This document shows positions 28,534-37,749 of a stretch of 64,000 bases of DNA, in pieces; the stretch's first letter is position 1; the number at the start of each line of letters is the position of its first letter. The stretch is from the NCBI GenBank assembly GCA_910586905.1, contig CAJUIV010000001.1, forward strand, positions 61,081-125,080, in the 5' to 3' direction. The notes below the pieces were generated by a model. That model did not search any database, had not been told where the DNA came from, and was given only the letters and a program-made list of their open reading frames with translations. Source of the DNA: an uncultured Christensenellaceae bacterium. GTDB lineage: Bacteria > Bacillota > Clostridia > Christensenellales > CAG-314. The translations under genes were made by a program, and so were the position numbers.

Positions 28534-29292
28534 ATGACGGTATTACAAAGCATTTTTTTAGGATTACTACAAGGATTTACTGAATTTCTGCCCGTTTCAA
28601 GCAGCGGACACCTTTTGCTTGCGGAAAAACTGTTCGACATACAAGCCGGTTTGTTTTTTGACGTGATGCTGCATTTGGGAACGCTGTTTGCAGTAGTGAT
28701 ATCGATGCGGAAAACGCTTTGGCAAACTATCCGACACCCCGTCGCTGACAGAAAATTTTTGTATTTGGTAATCGCAAGCGTTCCTACGTTTGCGATAGCT
28801 TTGCTTATTAAATTGTTTGTTCCCGAAAGTTTTATGCAAAAAATACTGCCGATAGGCTTCGCTTTAACGATAGTTTTGATAGTTCTTGCCGACAAACTGT
28901 CCAAACCGCGTTTAAGACTTAACGAAAGCGGCTTTTTGCCCGTGATTATAACGGGCGTTACGCAAGGGATAGCGGTTTTTCCGGGACTTTCCCGAAGCGG
29001 CAGCACTATTTCCACAATGAAACTTTTTGGAATAAACGCGGTCGATTCGGCGGAATTTTCGTTTTTGCTATCGATACCTGTTATTTTGGCAAGCGCGGCG
29101 GTAGAAGGCTACGAAGCGCTGAAAACGTCGATAACGACGCCGTGGTACTGTATAGTTATAGGAATCGCAGCCGCGTTTTTGTCGGGACTCGTATCCGTAT
29201 ACATGGTCATGCGAGCCGTAAAAACAAAAAGCTGGATTGCATTCGCCGTTTATCTAGTTATACCGCTAATCGTTTCTCTGATAGTTTTATAA
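28534..29292 (+). CDS. uppP: undecaprenyl-diphosphate phosphatase
   Basis: GLLQGFTEFLPVSSSGHL and GLSRSG motifs, 8-TM BacA architecture. Confidence 0.95.
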   Translation: MTVLQSIFLGLLQGFTEFLPVSSSGHLLLAEKLFDIQAGLFFDVMLHLGTLFAVVISMRKTLWQTIRHPVADRKFLYLVIASVPTFAIALLIKLFVPESFMQKILPIGFALTIVLIVLADKLSKPRLRLNESGFLPVIITGVTQGIAVFPGLSRSGSTISTMKLFGINAVDSAEFSFLLSIPVILASAAVEGYEALKTSITTPWYCIVIGIAAAFLSGLVSVYMVMRAVKTKSWIAFAVYLVIPLIVSLIVL

Positions 29293-29322
29293 TTCTGAAA
29301 AAGTAAAAAACCGTATTTTTCA

Positions 29323-29346
29323 AAACCCGCTTAACTGCGGGTTTTT
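29323..29346 (+). terminator. rho-independent terminator after uppP
   Basis: AAACCCGC-ttaact-GCGGGTTT followed by TT. Confidence 0.65.
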
Positions 29347-29545
29347 CGTTATCGTAATTCGATTTGCAAACGTTTCAGAGAGGTTTCCGCCGGTTTTGAA
29401 AATACCCGATACTTTTTCCAAGCGAACGTTAAATCAGCTTTTATTTGCGGTTCGAACAAAAGTTTAATTGACAATTATAAAAGTAAATTTATGTATTCAA
29501 ATAATAAAAAACTTCGGAGATTTCAATATCTATATTTACAGAATT

Positions 29546-29584
29546 ATTAAAAAATTGCGGCGAGTCAATTAACTTGCCGCAATT
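29546..29584 (-). terminator. rho-independent terminator after the MalK-like gene
   Basis: Minus strand: AAATTGCGGCA...GCCGCAATTTTTT. Confidence 0.65.
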
Positions 29585-29608
29585 TGTATAAAAATTTTCA
29601 ATTATAAA

Positions 29609-31507
29609 TTATGCAAGACGAATGCTGCGCGTAACTTCGATGATAGCGAGTTCGTCGGCGTTAAGAGAAAGTTTAACTTCCGTTTCGGCAAAGCCATCTG
29701 GAACGGATACGTTGACCGTTTTTTCTCCCAACTTACATACGGCGAAACTTTCCGCGCCGTAGTTTACTACTTTTTCCACCGTCGCGGCTATTCCTTCTTC
29801 GCCAATCGCTACCTGATAAGGCGTAAATCTGAATTCCAAATCTTTGTTAAACACGTCTTGACCGCCGCCGTTAACCAAACGGAGAGCAAGCGCGCGCGAA
29901 CACTCGAAACTTGCGCCGGCAATTTCCAACGAGAAAGCCAAGTCGTTCACTTTCTTCATCTTGCCTTTTACTTCCTTTTCCACAACGATTTTACGTTTAG
30001 CTAATTTGCCAGTTAGAGCGTTGTCGTAAGCGAGAGGATTAACTACTACTTCGCCGTCTTTTTCCAAGCGGATTTGTTTTAAATCTATACCGATTTTCGC
30101 TTTCTTACCTACTTTGGCTTCGGCATCCGCTATAGCGAACAAAATGGCGTCGCCCACTTTAAGATGTACCAAACGCTGACCGTTGACGTCCTCTTCTTCG
30201 ACGACTTCCGCTTCGATTTTGCCTTTCAAATTGATAGCGGTTGTAGGTATGGTTACAACGTACTTTCCGTTTTGTACTTTGATAGCTTCGGGAAGAGCGA
30301 TTTCGTTACCCAGCAAACTTAAAGTATCGTTGGCTACCGTGCAGTCGCATGCTACTTCCTGCGGAATACGCGGAGCTATAGTATTTTCAGTTTCGGCGTC
30401 GAATACGTGAATGTGAGCCAAATCGAGAGACACTTCGATTATTTCGTCAACGTTATAATAACTGCCGGCAGGAGCCTTTACAATAACTCTCGTGGGGCTT
30501 TCCGCCACCGTTTCTTCGCTGGCTATGTTAAAGTCGGCGTAAACCTGGCAATCGGTACCCAGTTCCTCGGTATGAGATACGCGGCATTTGGCTTTGAACG
30601 GATACTGTTTGGGATCTACAGAAATATGTTCGGCGCGCAGTCCGATAACCACGGGTTTACTTCCGTCGAGATAAGCGCTGTTTGCTTTGTTGAAGTAGCT
30701 TGCGGGAGCGTCCAGTTTTACGTCGGTGTTATCCAACGTAACGGCTACTTTATCGCCGTGTTTCAAAAGTTTGCCGTCAAAGAAATTCATTTGCGGCGTT
30801 CCGATAAATCCTGCTACGAATTTGTTGCCGGGGAAACGGTACAAATTACGCGGACTGTCGATTTGCTGCACGAAACCGTCTTTCATAACTACGATACGGG
30901 TACCCATAGTCATAGCTTCGACCTGGTCGTGAGTTACGTAAATAAACGTAGTCTGAAGTTTGTGGTGAAGCTTGCTTATTTCGCTGCGCATCGCGGTACG
31001 CAATTTTGCGTCTAAGTTGGAAAGAGGTTCGTCCAAAAGGAAAACTTTGGGTTCGCGGACTATAGCGCGTCCGAGAGCCACACGCTGACGCTGTCCGCCG
31101 GACATTGCTTTGGGCTTTCTGTCAAGATATTCCGTAATGCCGAGTATACGCGCGGCTTCCTTAACACGGGCATCTATTTGATCCTTGGGCATTTTACGAA
31201 GTTTAAGCCCGAACGCCATATTTTCGTAAACCGTCATATGCGGATACAACGCGTAGTTTTGGAAAACCATCGCAATATCGCGGTCTTTTGGCTCCATATC
31301 GTTAACCACCATGTCGCCGATACGGAGTTCTCCCGCGGTTATTTCTTCCAAACCCGCAATCATGCGTAGCGTCGTACTTTTTCCGCAGCCGGACGGTCCT
31401 ACGAAGACGATAAATTCCTTATCGGCTATATCCATAGAAAAATCGTTAACCGCTTTTACTCCGTTGGGATAAACTTTGTAGATATGATTTAATTTTACGC
31501 TTGCCAT
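29609..31507 (-). CDS. sugar ABC transporter ATP-binding protein (MalK/MsmX type) with a ~260-aa C-terminal extension
   Basis: Walker A GPSGCGKST, signature LSGGQRQRVALGRA, Walker B VFLLDEPLSNLD, then a TOBE-like regulatory region that appears three times. The ATG at 31507 has GGAGG 5 nt upstream; the listed start at 31519 contains that Shine-Dalgarno. Confidence 0.85.
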   Translation of the reverse strand: MASVKLNHIYKVYPNGVKAVNDFSMDIADKEFIVFVGPSGCGKSTTLRMIAGLEEITAGELRIGDMVVNDMEPKDRDIAMVFQNYALYPHMTVYENMAFGLKLRKMPKDQIDARVKEAARILGITEYLDRKPKAMSGGQRQRVALGRAIVREPKVFLLDEPLSNLDAKLRTAMRSEISKLHHKLQTTFIYVTHDQVEAMTMGTRIVVMKDGFVQQIDSPRNLYRFPGNKFVAGFIGTPQMNFFDGKLLKHGDKVAVTLDNTDVKLDAPASYFNKANSAYLDGSKPVVIGLRAEHISVDPKQYPFKAKCRVSHTEELGTDCQVYADFNIASEETVAESPTRVIVKAPAGSYYNVDEIIEVSLDLAHIHVFDAETENTIAPRIPQEVACDCTVANDTLSLLGNEIALPEAIKVQNGKYVVTIPTTAINLKGKIEAEVVEEEDVNGQRLVHLKVGDAILFAIADAEAKVGKKAKIGIDLKQIRLEKDGEVVVNPLAYDNALTGKLAKRKIVVEKEVKGKMKKVNDLAFSLEIAGASFECSRALALRLVNGGGQDVFNKDLEFRFTPYQVAIGEEGIAATVEKVVNYGAESFAVCKLGEKTVNVSVPDGFAETEVKLSLNADELAIIEVTRSIRLA

Positions 31508-31611
31508 ATATTCCTCCAAATAATTTTAAAAAGCAATTCATAACGCGTCGGCGCGGCAAATAAAACGCCTTTTTCTTATGTATAATACGCTCCGCCGTTA
31601 CGCATATAACT

Positions 31612-31640
31612 ATTATAACCGCCCCATATCTAGTTGTCAA
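31612..31640 (-). promoter_or_regulatory. consensus sigma-A promoter for the MalK-like gene
   Basis: Minus strand: TTGACA (31640-31635), 17 nt, TATAAT (31617-31612). Confidence 0.6.
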
Positions 31641-32048
31641 TACTCTTTGACAATAAAAAACATTGTTCGCCAAATAAAATATAGGATAAATTATAGGTTG
31701 ATTTTGTAATAAAAAACGAACAGCTATTACGTTCTGAAATACGTTTTTAAACGTTATTTAAGCAAAAACGAACGGAATATTTTTAATATATTGCAAATTA
31801 CCGCCATCTGATTATGAATTTATAAGCGATTTCGTTTTTTTCGCAACGCTGCGTTTTAATTAACTTATTCAACATCAGTTTATTATTTAACCGTATTGAC
31901 AAACGGCGCGAGATACGCGCTCGTTTGTTTTACGATTTCCAAGTTTAATACGTCGGAATTTATATATTCCTTTTATCTGTTTAAAAACAAAAGCTTAACG
32001 GCGGAAATAAAAACCCCTGCTACTATCGAAATTTGCGTTAGGCAGTTC

Positions 32049-32092
32049 AAAAAAAACGGAAAACGTACCGCAATAAACGCGATACGTTCTCC
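32049..32092 (-). terminator. rho-independent terminator after the GH13 gene
   Basis: Minus strand: GGAGAACGTA-loop-TACGTTTTCC followed by GTTTTTTTT. Confidence 0.65.
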
Positions 32093-32119
32093 ATTGTTAT
32101 TTTAAATAATTTGTACGAA

Positions 32120-33763
32120 TTATCTTATAACCGCCAACGAAAATTGAGGCATGTTCAAAACGGAACCTTTAAACTTTACGTCTCTTCCGTTGTCGGCGGA
32201 TAAAAAGCCCGCAAGCGTACCCTGCAAATTGTTATCCGCTATAATTTGAGCGACGTTAACGGTTTTGCTTTCGGTATCGTTTAGATTGTAAACAAGCAAA
32301 ACGCTTTTGCCGTTATACGTACGGACTATAATCGCTACGTCCGTATCCTCATACGCAACGAAAGAGGAAGTTCCTCTCGCAATTTCGGGATTTTGACGGC
32401 GCAGCAGCATTATGCGGCGATAAAAATTGTACAGACTGCTTTGGTCGTCGACCTGTTCGGCAACTCCGCCCAAATAGTCGTCGTATTCGCCGTACAAAGT
32501 AGACATTCCGTAAGACTGGTATGCAAAGCCGTTTTCGTGAGTCGTTTCCGAATCGGCGCCCCAATCCATTGCGGTACGGTACGTATGGTCAAGGTAATCG
32601 TCGCTCGTGCTTATGCGCAAACCGCTGCGCAGTCCGATTTCGTTACCGTAGTAGTTAAATACGTTACCAGTTTGAGTATAAAGCAACGCGATACCCATTT
32701 TGTGTCTTTCGTACATCGAAACGTCAAATTTATTCGTGCGCCTGCTAACGTATCCCAACGCAGCCGAATTTGCAACGCGTAAAGTATCGTGATTGCTTGC
32801 GAACAAAGCGTCTATTCCCTTTGCCGTGCCGTTCTCCTTCGCCTCTACTACGTTTTTAAGTTCTCCGGACTTATCCGTTACGCTCGCGCCCACTATTGCG
32901 GGAATTTGATTTCCGCCGTCGGCTGTGCTGAGAGCAAAGTTAAAGAAGCTTTGTACCGAATCTTCCGCATAATGAGAATAAATCGTTTCCGCGTTATCCC
33001 ATACTTCTCCGACCATATAAACGTCGGGATTGTATTTTTTTGCCGTTGACATAAGCCACTGCATAAACGAAATGTTTTTCGAGGCGTTGCCGTAAAAATG
33101 CATAGCGGCGTCAAGACGGAAACCGTCGACTTGGCAATCTTTCAGCCAAAACTTACAAATCGCGTCAATCTCGCCGCGGACGTCTTCGTTATCCAAATTG
33201 AGTTTGGGCATATGCGAATATCCGCCGAACGTTTCGTAAGAATCACCTTGATTGTCCGTAAACATATAGTAACTGCGGTATTTGGACTCTTTACCCTCGC
33301 GGTAAGCTTGCTGTGCCGCTTCGAACCAAGGGTGATGATTAGACGTATGGTTGAAAACCATGTCGAGCATTACGGAAATGCCTTTACCGTGAGCGGCCGC
33401 TACGAGCGATTTAAAATCGTCCAACGTGCCGAACTCCTCGTCCACGCTCAAATAGTCGGTAACGTCGTACTTATGAGACGTGGGAGACGGATGAATAGGC
33501 GAAAGCCAAATACCGTTAAAACCCAAATCGGCAATATAATCCAATTTTTGTTCAACGCCTTTTAAGTCGCCTACTCCGTCGCCGTTACCGTCGGCAAAAC
33601 CGTAAACGAAAATTTGATAGTAATCTTTATAGTACGGATTGCCGTCGTCGTATTTTTGATTGGACTCCCAATCCTTTATATCGTTCGGAGTACACGCCGT
33701 AAAAAACGTCGCAACGAACGATAAACACAAAATTATCGATATAATATAAGTAAACTTTTTCAT
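32120..33763 (-). CDS. GH13 alpha-amylase-family lipoprotein (alpha-amylase / neopullulanase-like)
   Basis: GH13 regions DMVFNHTS, GFRLDAAMH, MVGEVW and FASNHD. Lipoprotein signal MKKFTYIISIILCLSFVATFFTAC starts at the ATG at 33763, which overlaps the upstream stop codon. Confidence 0.85.
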   Translation of the reverse strand: MKKFTYIISIILCLSFVATFFTACTPNDIKDWESNQKYDDGNPYYKDYYQIFVYGFADGNGDGVGDLKGVEQKLDYIADLGFNGIWLSPIHPSPTSHKYDVTDYLSVDEEFGTLDDFKSLVAAAHGKGISVMLDMVFNHTSNHHPWFEAAQQAYREGKESKYRSYYMFTDNQGDSYETFGGYSHMPKLNLDNEDVRGEIDAICKFWLKDCQVDGFRLDAAMHFYGNASKNISFMQWLMSTAKKYNPDVYMVGEVWDNAETIYSHYAEDSVQSFFNFALSTADGGNQIPAIVGASVTDKSGELKNVVEAKENGTAKGIDALFASNHDTLRVANSAALGYVSRRTNKFDVSMYERHKMGIALLYTQTGNVFNYYGNEIGLRSGLRISTSDDYLDHTYRTAMDWGADSETTHENGFAYQSYGMSTLYGEYDDYLGGVAEQVDDQSSLYNFYRRIMLLRRQNPEIARGTSSFVAYEDTDVAIIVRTYNGKSVLLVYNLNDTESKTVNVAQIIADNNLQGTLAGFLSADNGRDVKFKGSVLNMPQFSLAVIR

Positions 33764-34698
33764 CAGCCTTTTACTGAACCTCCCGTAACTCCCGCAACGT
33801 AATACTTTTGCAGGAACATAAACAAAATCGTTATAGGAATCGCAACCATCGTCGCGCCCACGCAAAACAATATCCAGTGCGAATTGTAGTTTTCGGTTTC
33901 GAGCATCGCTTGAAGTCCCAAAGAAACCGTGCCGTAATCGAAATTACCCGAGCAGATAAGTTTTACGAAAATGAAGTCCATCCAAGGGGCCATAAACGCG
34001 GTAAGCGCCGTGTATACGATAATCGGTTTACTTAGAGGCAGGGTGATTTTAAAGAATATCTGAGCCTGATTCGCGCCGTCCAATTTTGCCGCTTCGTCAA
34101 GTCCTTTGGGTATTGTATCGAAAAATCCCTTACATACGTAATATCCCATACCCGCACCCGCGCTGTACACGAAAATCAACGCTATTATTTTGAGCGGACC
34201 TTCGTTAAGCCCGAACGCGCGCAAGATGTTGTAAATTGCTATCATGCCCAAAAATCCGGGGAACATACCCAGTATCAATATAAGCTTCATATACGGCTGG
34301 CGCATTCTGAAACGCATTCTCGAAAACGCGTAGCTTGTCGCAAGCGTCATAAGCGTGGTAAGTACGCACGAACAGCACGCTATAAGCAGGGTATTGCCGA
34401 ACCAACGCGGAAAGTTTATCCAGTCGAATTTGTTATCGGCGTAATTCGCGGGGTTGCCGCCGAACATTTTTGCCCAAGCGTCTAAAGAAAACTCCGTCGG
34501 AAAAATTTGGTCGGGGAAAGGAATCGTTATGTCGTTTCCGCGGAACGAGTGAATAAATACGTATCCGAAAGGCAATATCCATATCACAGCCATTACGGTC
34601 AGTATAATATGTATAACCGTAAGCGAAGTTATCTTCACCGCTTTCATACTGCGGTATCTTTTTTGTTTTTTAATACCTAAAGCCGACGCGTTTCTCAT
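33763..34698 (-). CDS. carbohydrate ABC transporter permease (MalG-like)
   Basis: Six TM helices and the EAA-type loop LDEAAKLDGANQAQIFFKITLP. ATGA overlap with the upstream permease gene. GGAGGA Shine-Dalgarno. Confidence 0.85.
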   Translation of the reverse strand: MRNASALGIKKQKRYRSMKAVKITSLTVIHIILTVMAVIWILPFGYVFIHSFRGNDITIPFPDQIFPTEFSLDAWAKMFGGNPANYADNKFDWINFPRWFGNTLLIACCSCVLTTLMTLATSYAFSRMRFRMRQPYMKLILILGMFPGFLGMIAIYNILRAFGLNEGPLKIIALIFVYSAGAGMGYYVCKGFFDTIPKGLDEAAKLDGANQAQIFFKITLPLSKPIIVYTALTAFMAPWMDFIFVKLICSGNFDYGTVSLGLQAMLETENYNSHWILFCVGATMVAIPITILFMFLQKYYVAGVTGGSVKG

Positions 34699-36170
34699 TG
34701 GAAATCCTCCTCGTTCTTAACCGCGGACGTATTACGGTAAACGGCGAGCGAAAATACCGCGCATACTATAAACACCAAAATACCGATAACGGAACCGGTT
34801 TTATAGTCGCCGTAACTGCCTCCGACCGTTATGTTGTACAGCCATGTAATAAGCAAGTCGGTTTTCCCCGCGGGGGCAACCAAATCGGAAGACGTAGGTC
34901 CTCCTCCGGTAAGCAAGAATATGACGTTAAAGTTGTTTATATTTCCTATAAACTGCGTTAAAAGATACGGTCCGGTAACGAACAGCATATACGGAAGAGT
35001 AATTTTGAAAAACGTTTTTACCGGTCCCGCGCCGTCGATACGCGCAGATTCGTAAAGTTCTTCGGGGATATTCATCAATATACCGCTCGTTATAAGCATC
35101 GAATACGGGATACCTATCCACATATTTATAAGAACCACCATAAAACGCGCCAAATTCGTTTCTTCCAGCCAGCGTATGTTGTTGTCTATCCAACCCCAAG
35201 ACGTGAGCAGCTGATTGACAAGTCCGTTTTCGGTACTGAAAAACTTGCTGACGACAAGCAGACTTACGAATTGAGGCACGGCTATCGTAATTACGAAAAA
35301 GCCGCGGTAAATCTTTTTAAAACGCACGCCTTTTTTGTTGATAAGTATTGCCAAAACCATACCGCCTATGTACGTGGTAACGGTTGAAAGCACCGCCCAC
35401 AACAGCGTCCAGCCCAAAAGCTTGAAAAACGTCGAACCCAGCGCGTTGTCGCCCTGCATATCGAACAGATGCTTGAAGTTATCAAGTCCGACCCAGGTAA
35501 ACAAATTGTTAGGCGTTAAGTGTTCGTTATCGTAGTTGGTAAAAGCAATTAAAATCATGAATACCAACGGAATAACCGTGCCTACCACTATACCCGCCGT
35601 AGGCAGCGCCAGCAAAGTCGCATGGAAATTTTTGTCTAGCATATTGCGCAAATCTTTTTTCGTATTTGCGATAGGCATATTAAATTCGGAACGGGTTTGA
35701 TTTTCGTACGCGTTTTTAAGCTGTTTGACGTACATAAAAACGAATACCAAAATAATCATTATCGTTGCGCCGCCGAATAGCAATATGGCCAGAGAATCGT
35801 CGCCCGGCGTTCTTTCGTTGGTGGGCAAACCCGTAATCGGGTCTATTACCGGTTCGGACAAATTCGTTCCGAGCGTTCCGAATTTACTCAGATAGTAACT
35901 GCCGGTAAACACCATAAACAATACGAAACCTATTTCGAGCAACAAATAAAGCGCGCCTCTTAACGGCTGCCCGTACGCAAAGCATCCGAAACCCATAATC
36001 AAAAGAGAAAGTCGGGTTTTCCAATTACCGTAACGTACTGTTTGCCACAAACCGACGAAAAAATTGCCGATTTTTTTGAAAAACGAAACGAACGAATCTC
36101 CGATTTGCGCAAGCCACCGTACGAATCGGTTGGACCGTTTTACCGTTTTAGTTCCAATATTTTCAGTCAT
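34695..36170 (-). CDS. carbohydrate ABC transporter permease (MalF-like, long N-terminal region)
   Basis: EAA loop YESARIDGAGPVKTFFKITLP. AGGAGAA lies 7 nt upstream of the ATG at 36170. Confidence 0.85.
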   Translation of the reverse strand: MTENIGTKTVKRSNRFVRWLAQIGDSFVSFFKKIGNFFVGLWQTVRYGNWKTRLSLLIMGFGCFAYGQPLRGALYLLLEIGFVLFMVFTGSYYLSKFGTLGTNLSEPVIDPITGLPTNERTPGDDSLAILLFGGATIMIILVFVFMYVKQLKNAYENQTRSEFNMPIANTKKDLRNMLDKNFHATLLALPTAGIVVGTVIPLVFMILIAFTNYDNEHLTPNNLFTWVGLDNFKHLFDMQGDNALGSTFFKLLGWTLLWAVLSTVTTYIGGMVLAILINKKGVRFKKIYRGFFVITIAVPQFVSLLVVSKFFSTENGLVNQLLTSWGWIDNNIRWLEETNLARFMVVLINMWIGIPYSMLITSGILMNIPEELYESARIDGAGPVKTFFKITLPYMLFVTGPYLLTQFIGNINNFNVIFLLTGGGPTSSDLVAPAGKTDLLITWLYNITVGGSYGDYKTGSVIGILVFIVCAVFSLAVYRNTSAVKNEEDFQ

Positions 36171-36370
36171 AAAGCTTTCTCCTGACAAAAATATACGTTA
36201 AAACCGTTTATGAAAAAACGCCTTTAACCAGAAATCTAAATCATATTTCAATAAGAAATTTTACGAAACTTACGTTTCCGTAATAATTTCCGAATATTCC
36301 GTTTAAAAAACGTTCTTAAAATCGAAGTTACGAAGCGAAATCCGTAAAACGGTTATTTTAAGAACAAATC

Positions 36371-36396
36371 GGAGAAGAGGTTGCCCCCTCCTCCGA
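36371..36396 (-). terminator. strong stem-loop after the binding-protein gene (intra-operon attenuator or mRNA stabiliser)
   Basis: Minus strand: CGGAGGAGGGGG-caa-CCUCUUCUCCG followed by AUUUGUUCUU. Lies between the binding-protein gene and the first permease gene. Confidence 0.5.
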
Positions 36397-36422
36397 TGCC
36401 TTGAATTATTAAAAACCGGTAT

Positions 36423-37736
36423 TTATTTTGCGGTTTCCAGTTCCATAGCTTTAACCATAGCGGTTAACAATTTGCGTAATTCCGCGTCTTGATATACGCC
36501 GTCTTTAAAATAAACGTCTTTCGTTCTGTCGGCAAGAGCGCCGGCGGTTTTTACTGCGTTGACGGGAGTTTTTATCGCTTCCCAATATCCTTTGGGAAGA
36601 TTAAGCTGCGGTATGCTGTAAGCAGACTGCGCTGCAAGTACTTTTGCAATGTCGCTTGTGGAAGCGCCTGCGTCGTTCGCTGCGTTTATATTGCTGGGAC
36701 CGGCGGAAAGTTTTATCATTTTGTCTTTCTGTACGGCTTCGCTCGTCATAAAGTTAGCTAAGTCGCGCGCCGCTACAATGTTTTGAGACAAAGAATTTAC
36801 GCCGATAAGTTTGTTGCTTAAGAAAGGTATCATTTGCGCTTGCTCTTGTTCGTAAACGAACTTAGGCAAAGGCGCGATTTTGATGTTGGGATTGTTTGCA
36901 AGAACCTCCGTATAAACGAACGGTCCGCCTACGCCTACGGCTATTTTTTGTGAAGTTTTGTTAAACTCTTTGGGCAAATCGTTTGCGGGAACAACTTTCA
37001 AAAGCGGATTCATAGACATTTTATGAGCGGTTTTAAGCGCTTTAAGACCTATGTCATCCGTACCGAAATTGGTTTCCGTTTTAGTTGCATTTCCGCCGAA
37101 AGCATAGAAAAACGCCGATTGATACCAAGGATCGCCCAAATCCAGCTGAACGCGATAGTTGGAAGAATGTTCCGTATTGTAAGCGGCTACCTTTTCAAAG
37201 ATATTATCCCATGTGGTAAGTTCGCTTTCGCTGATGATTGCGGGGTCGTAAAACAGAAAATACGTATTGTCAGCCTGCATCGGGAAAGCGTAAAGCAATC
37301 CGTCGGGTCCCGTTGCCGCGGCCACCGAACCTTCGGTATTGCGCGACGCAATATCTTTCGCCAAAACGGCGTTTTCGTTTTTAGGGTCGCCGAGCGCCGA
37401 CAATAATTTTGCGTCGAGCAACGTGTCCATTTGGTCGTCTACGAAACAGAAAACGTCCGCTCCGTCGGCTCCCAAATTTTTCATTTGCGTAGCGGCTGTT
37501 TTTTCCGCTTCTACGCCCATAATTACCGTGTAGGTTTTTCCGCCGGCAGCTTCGGATTTATTATACTCTTCCGCCCATTTTTTAGCCCATTCGGCATAGA
37601 ACGTCTGCGCGCCGGACGGAGCCCACATAACTATCTCTACGTCTTTGTCATTATCCGTACACGCTATCAGCGAAACAAGCGACAACGTCATTACGGCAAC
37701 TAACAGCAACGACAGTAATATTTTAGATTTTTTCAT
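36423..37736 (-). CDS. extracellular solute-binding lipoprotein (maltodextrin/oligosaccharide-binding, MalE-like)
   Basis: Lipobox signal MKKSKILLSLLLVAVMTLSLVSLIAC. Family-1 SBP size. Genomic context with MalF/MalG-like permeases and a GH13 enzyme. Confidence 0.8.
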   Translation of the reverse strand: MKKSKILLSLLLVAVMTLSLVSLIACTDNDKDVEIVMWAPSGAQTFYAEWAKKWAEEYNKSEAAGGKTYTVIMGVEAEKTAATQMKNLGADGADVFCFVDDQMDTLLDAKLLSALGDPKNENAVLAKDIASRNTEGSVAAATGPDGLLYAFPMQADNTYFLFYDPAIISESELTTWDNIFEKVAAYNTEHSSNYRVQLDLGDPWYQSAFFYAFGGNATKTETNFGTDDIGLKALKTAHKMSMNPLLKVVPANDLPKEFNKTSQKIAVGVGGPFVYTEVLANNPNIKIAPLPKFVYEQEQAQMIPFLSNKLIGVNSLSQNIVAARDLANFMTSEAVQKDKMIKLSAGPSNINAANDAGASTSDIAKVLAAQSAYSIPQLNLPKGYWEAIKTPVNAVKTAGALADRTKDVYFKDGVYQDAELRKLLTAMVKAMELETAK

Positions 37737-37749
37737 ATATTTCTCCGTT

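Noticed and set aside
31634-31653. Inverted repeat TTGTCAA-tactct-TTGACAA as a repressor operator upstream of the MalK-like gene.
   Set aside because: The left arm is fully explained as the -35 box (TTGACA on the minus strand) of a perfect TTGACA-17-TATAAT promoter. The right arm may be a divergent -35 box. There is no independent evidence for an operator.
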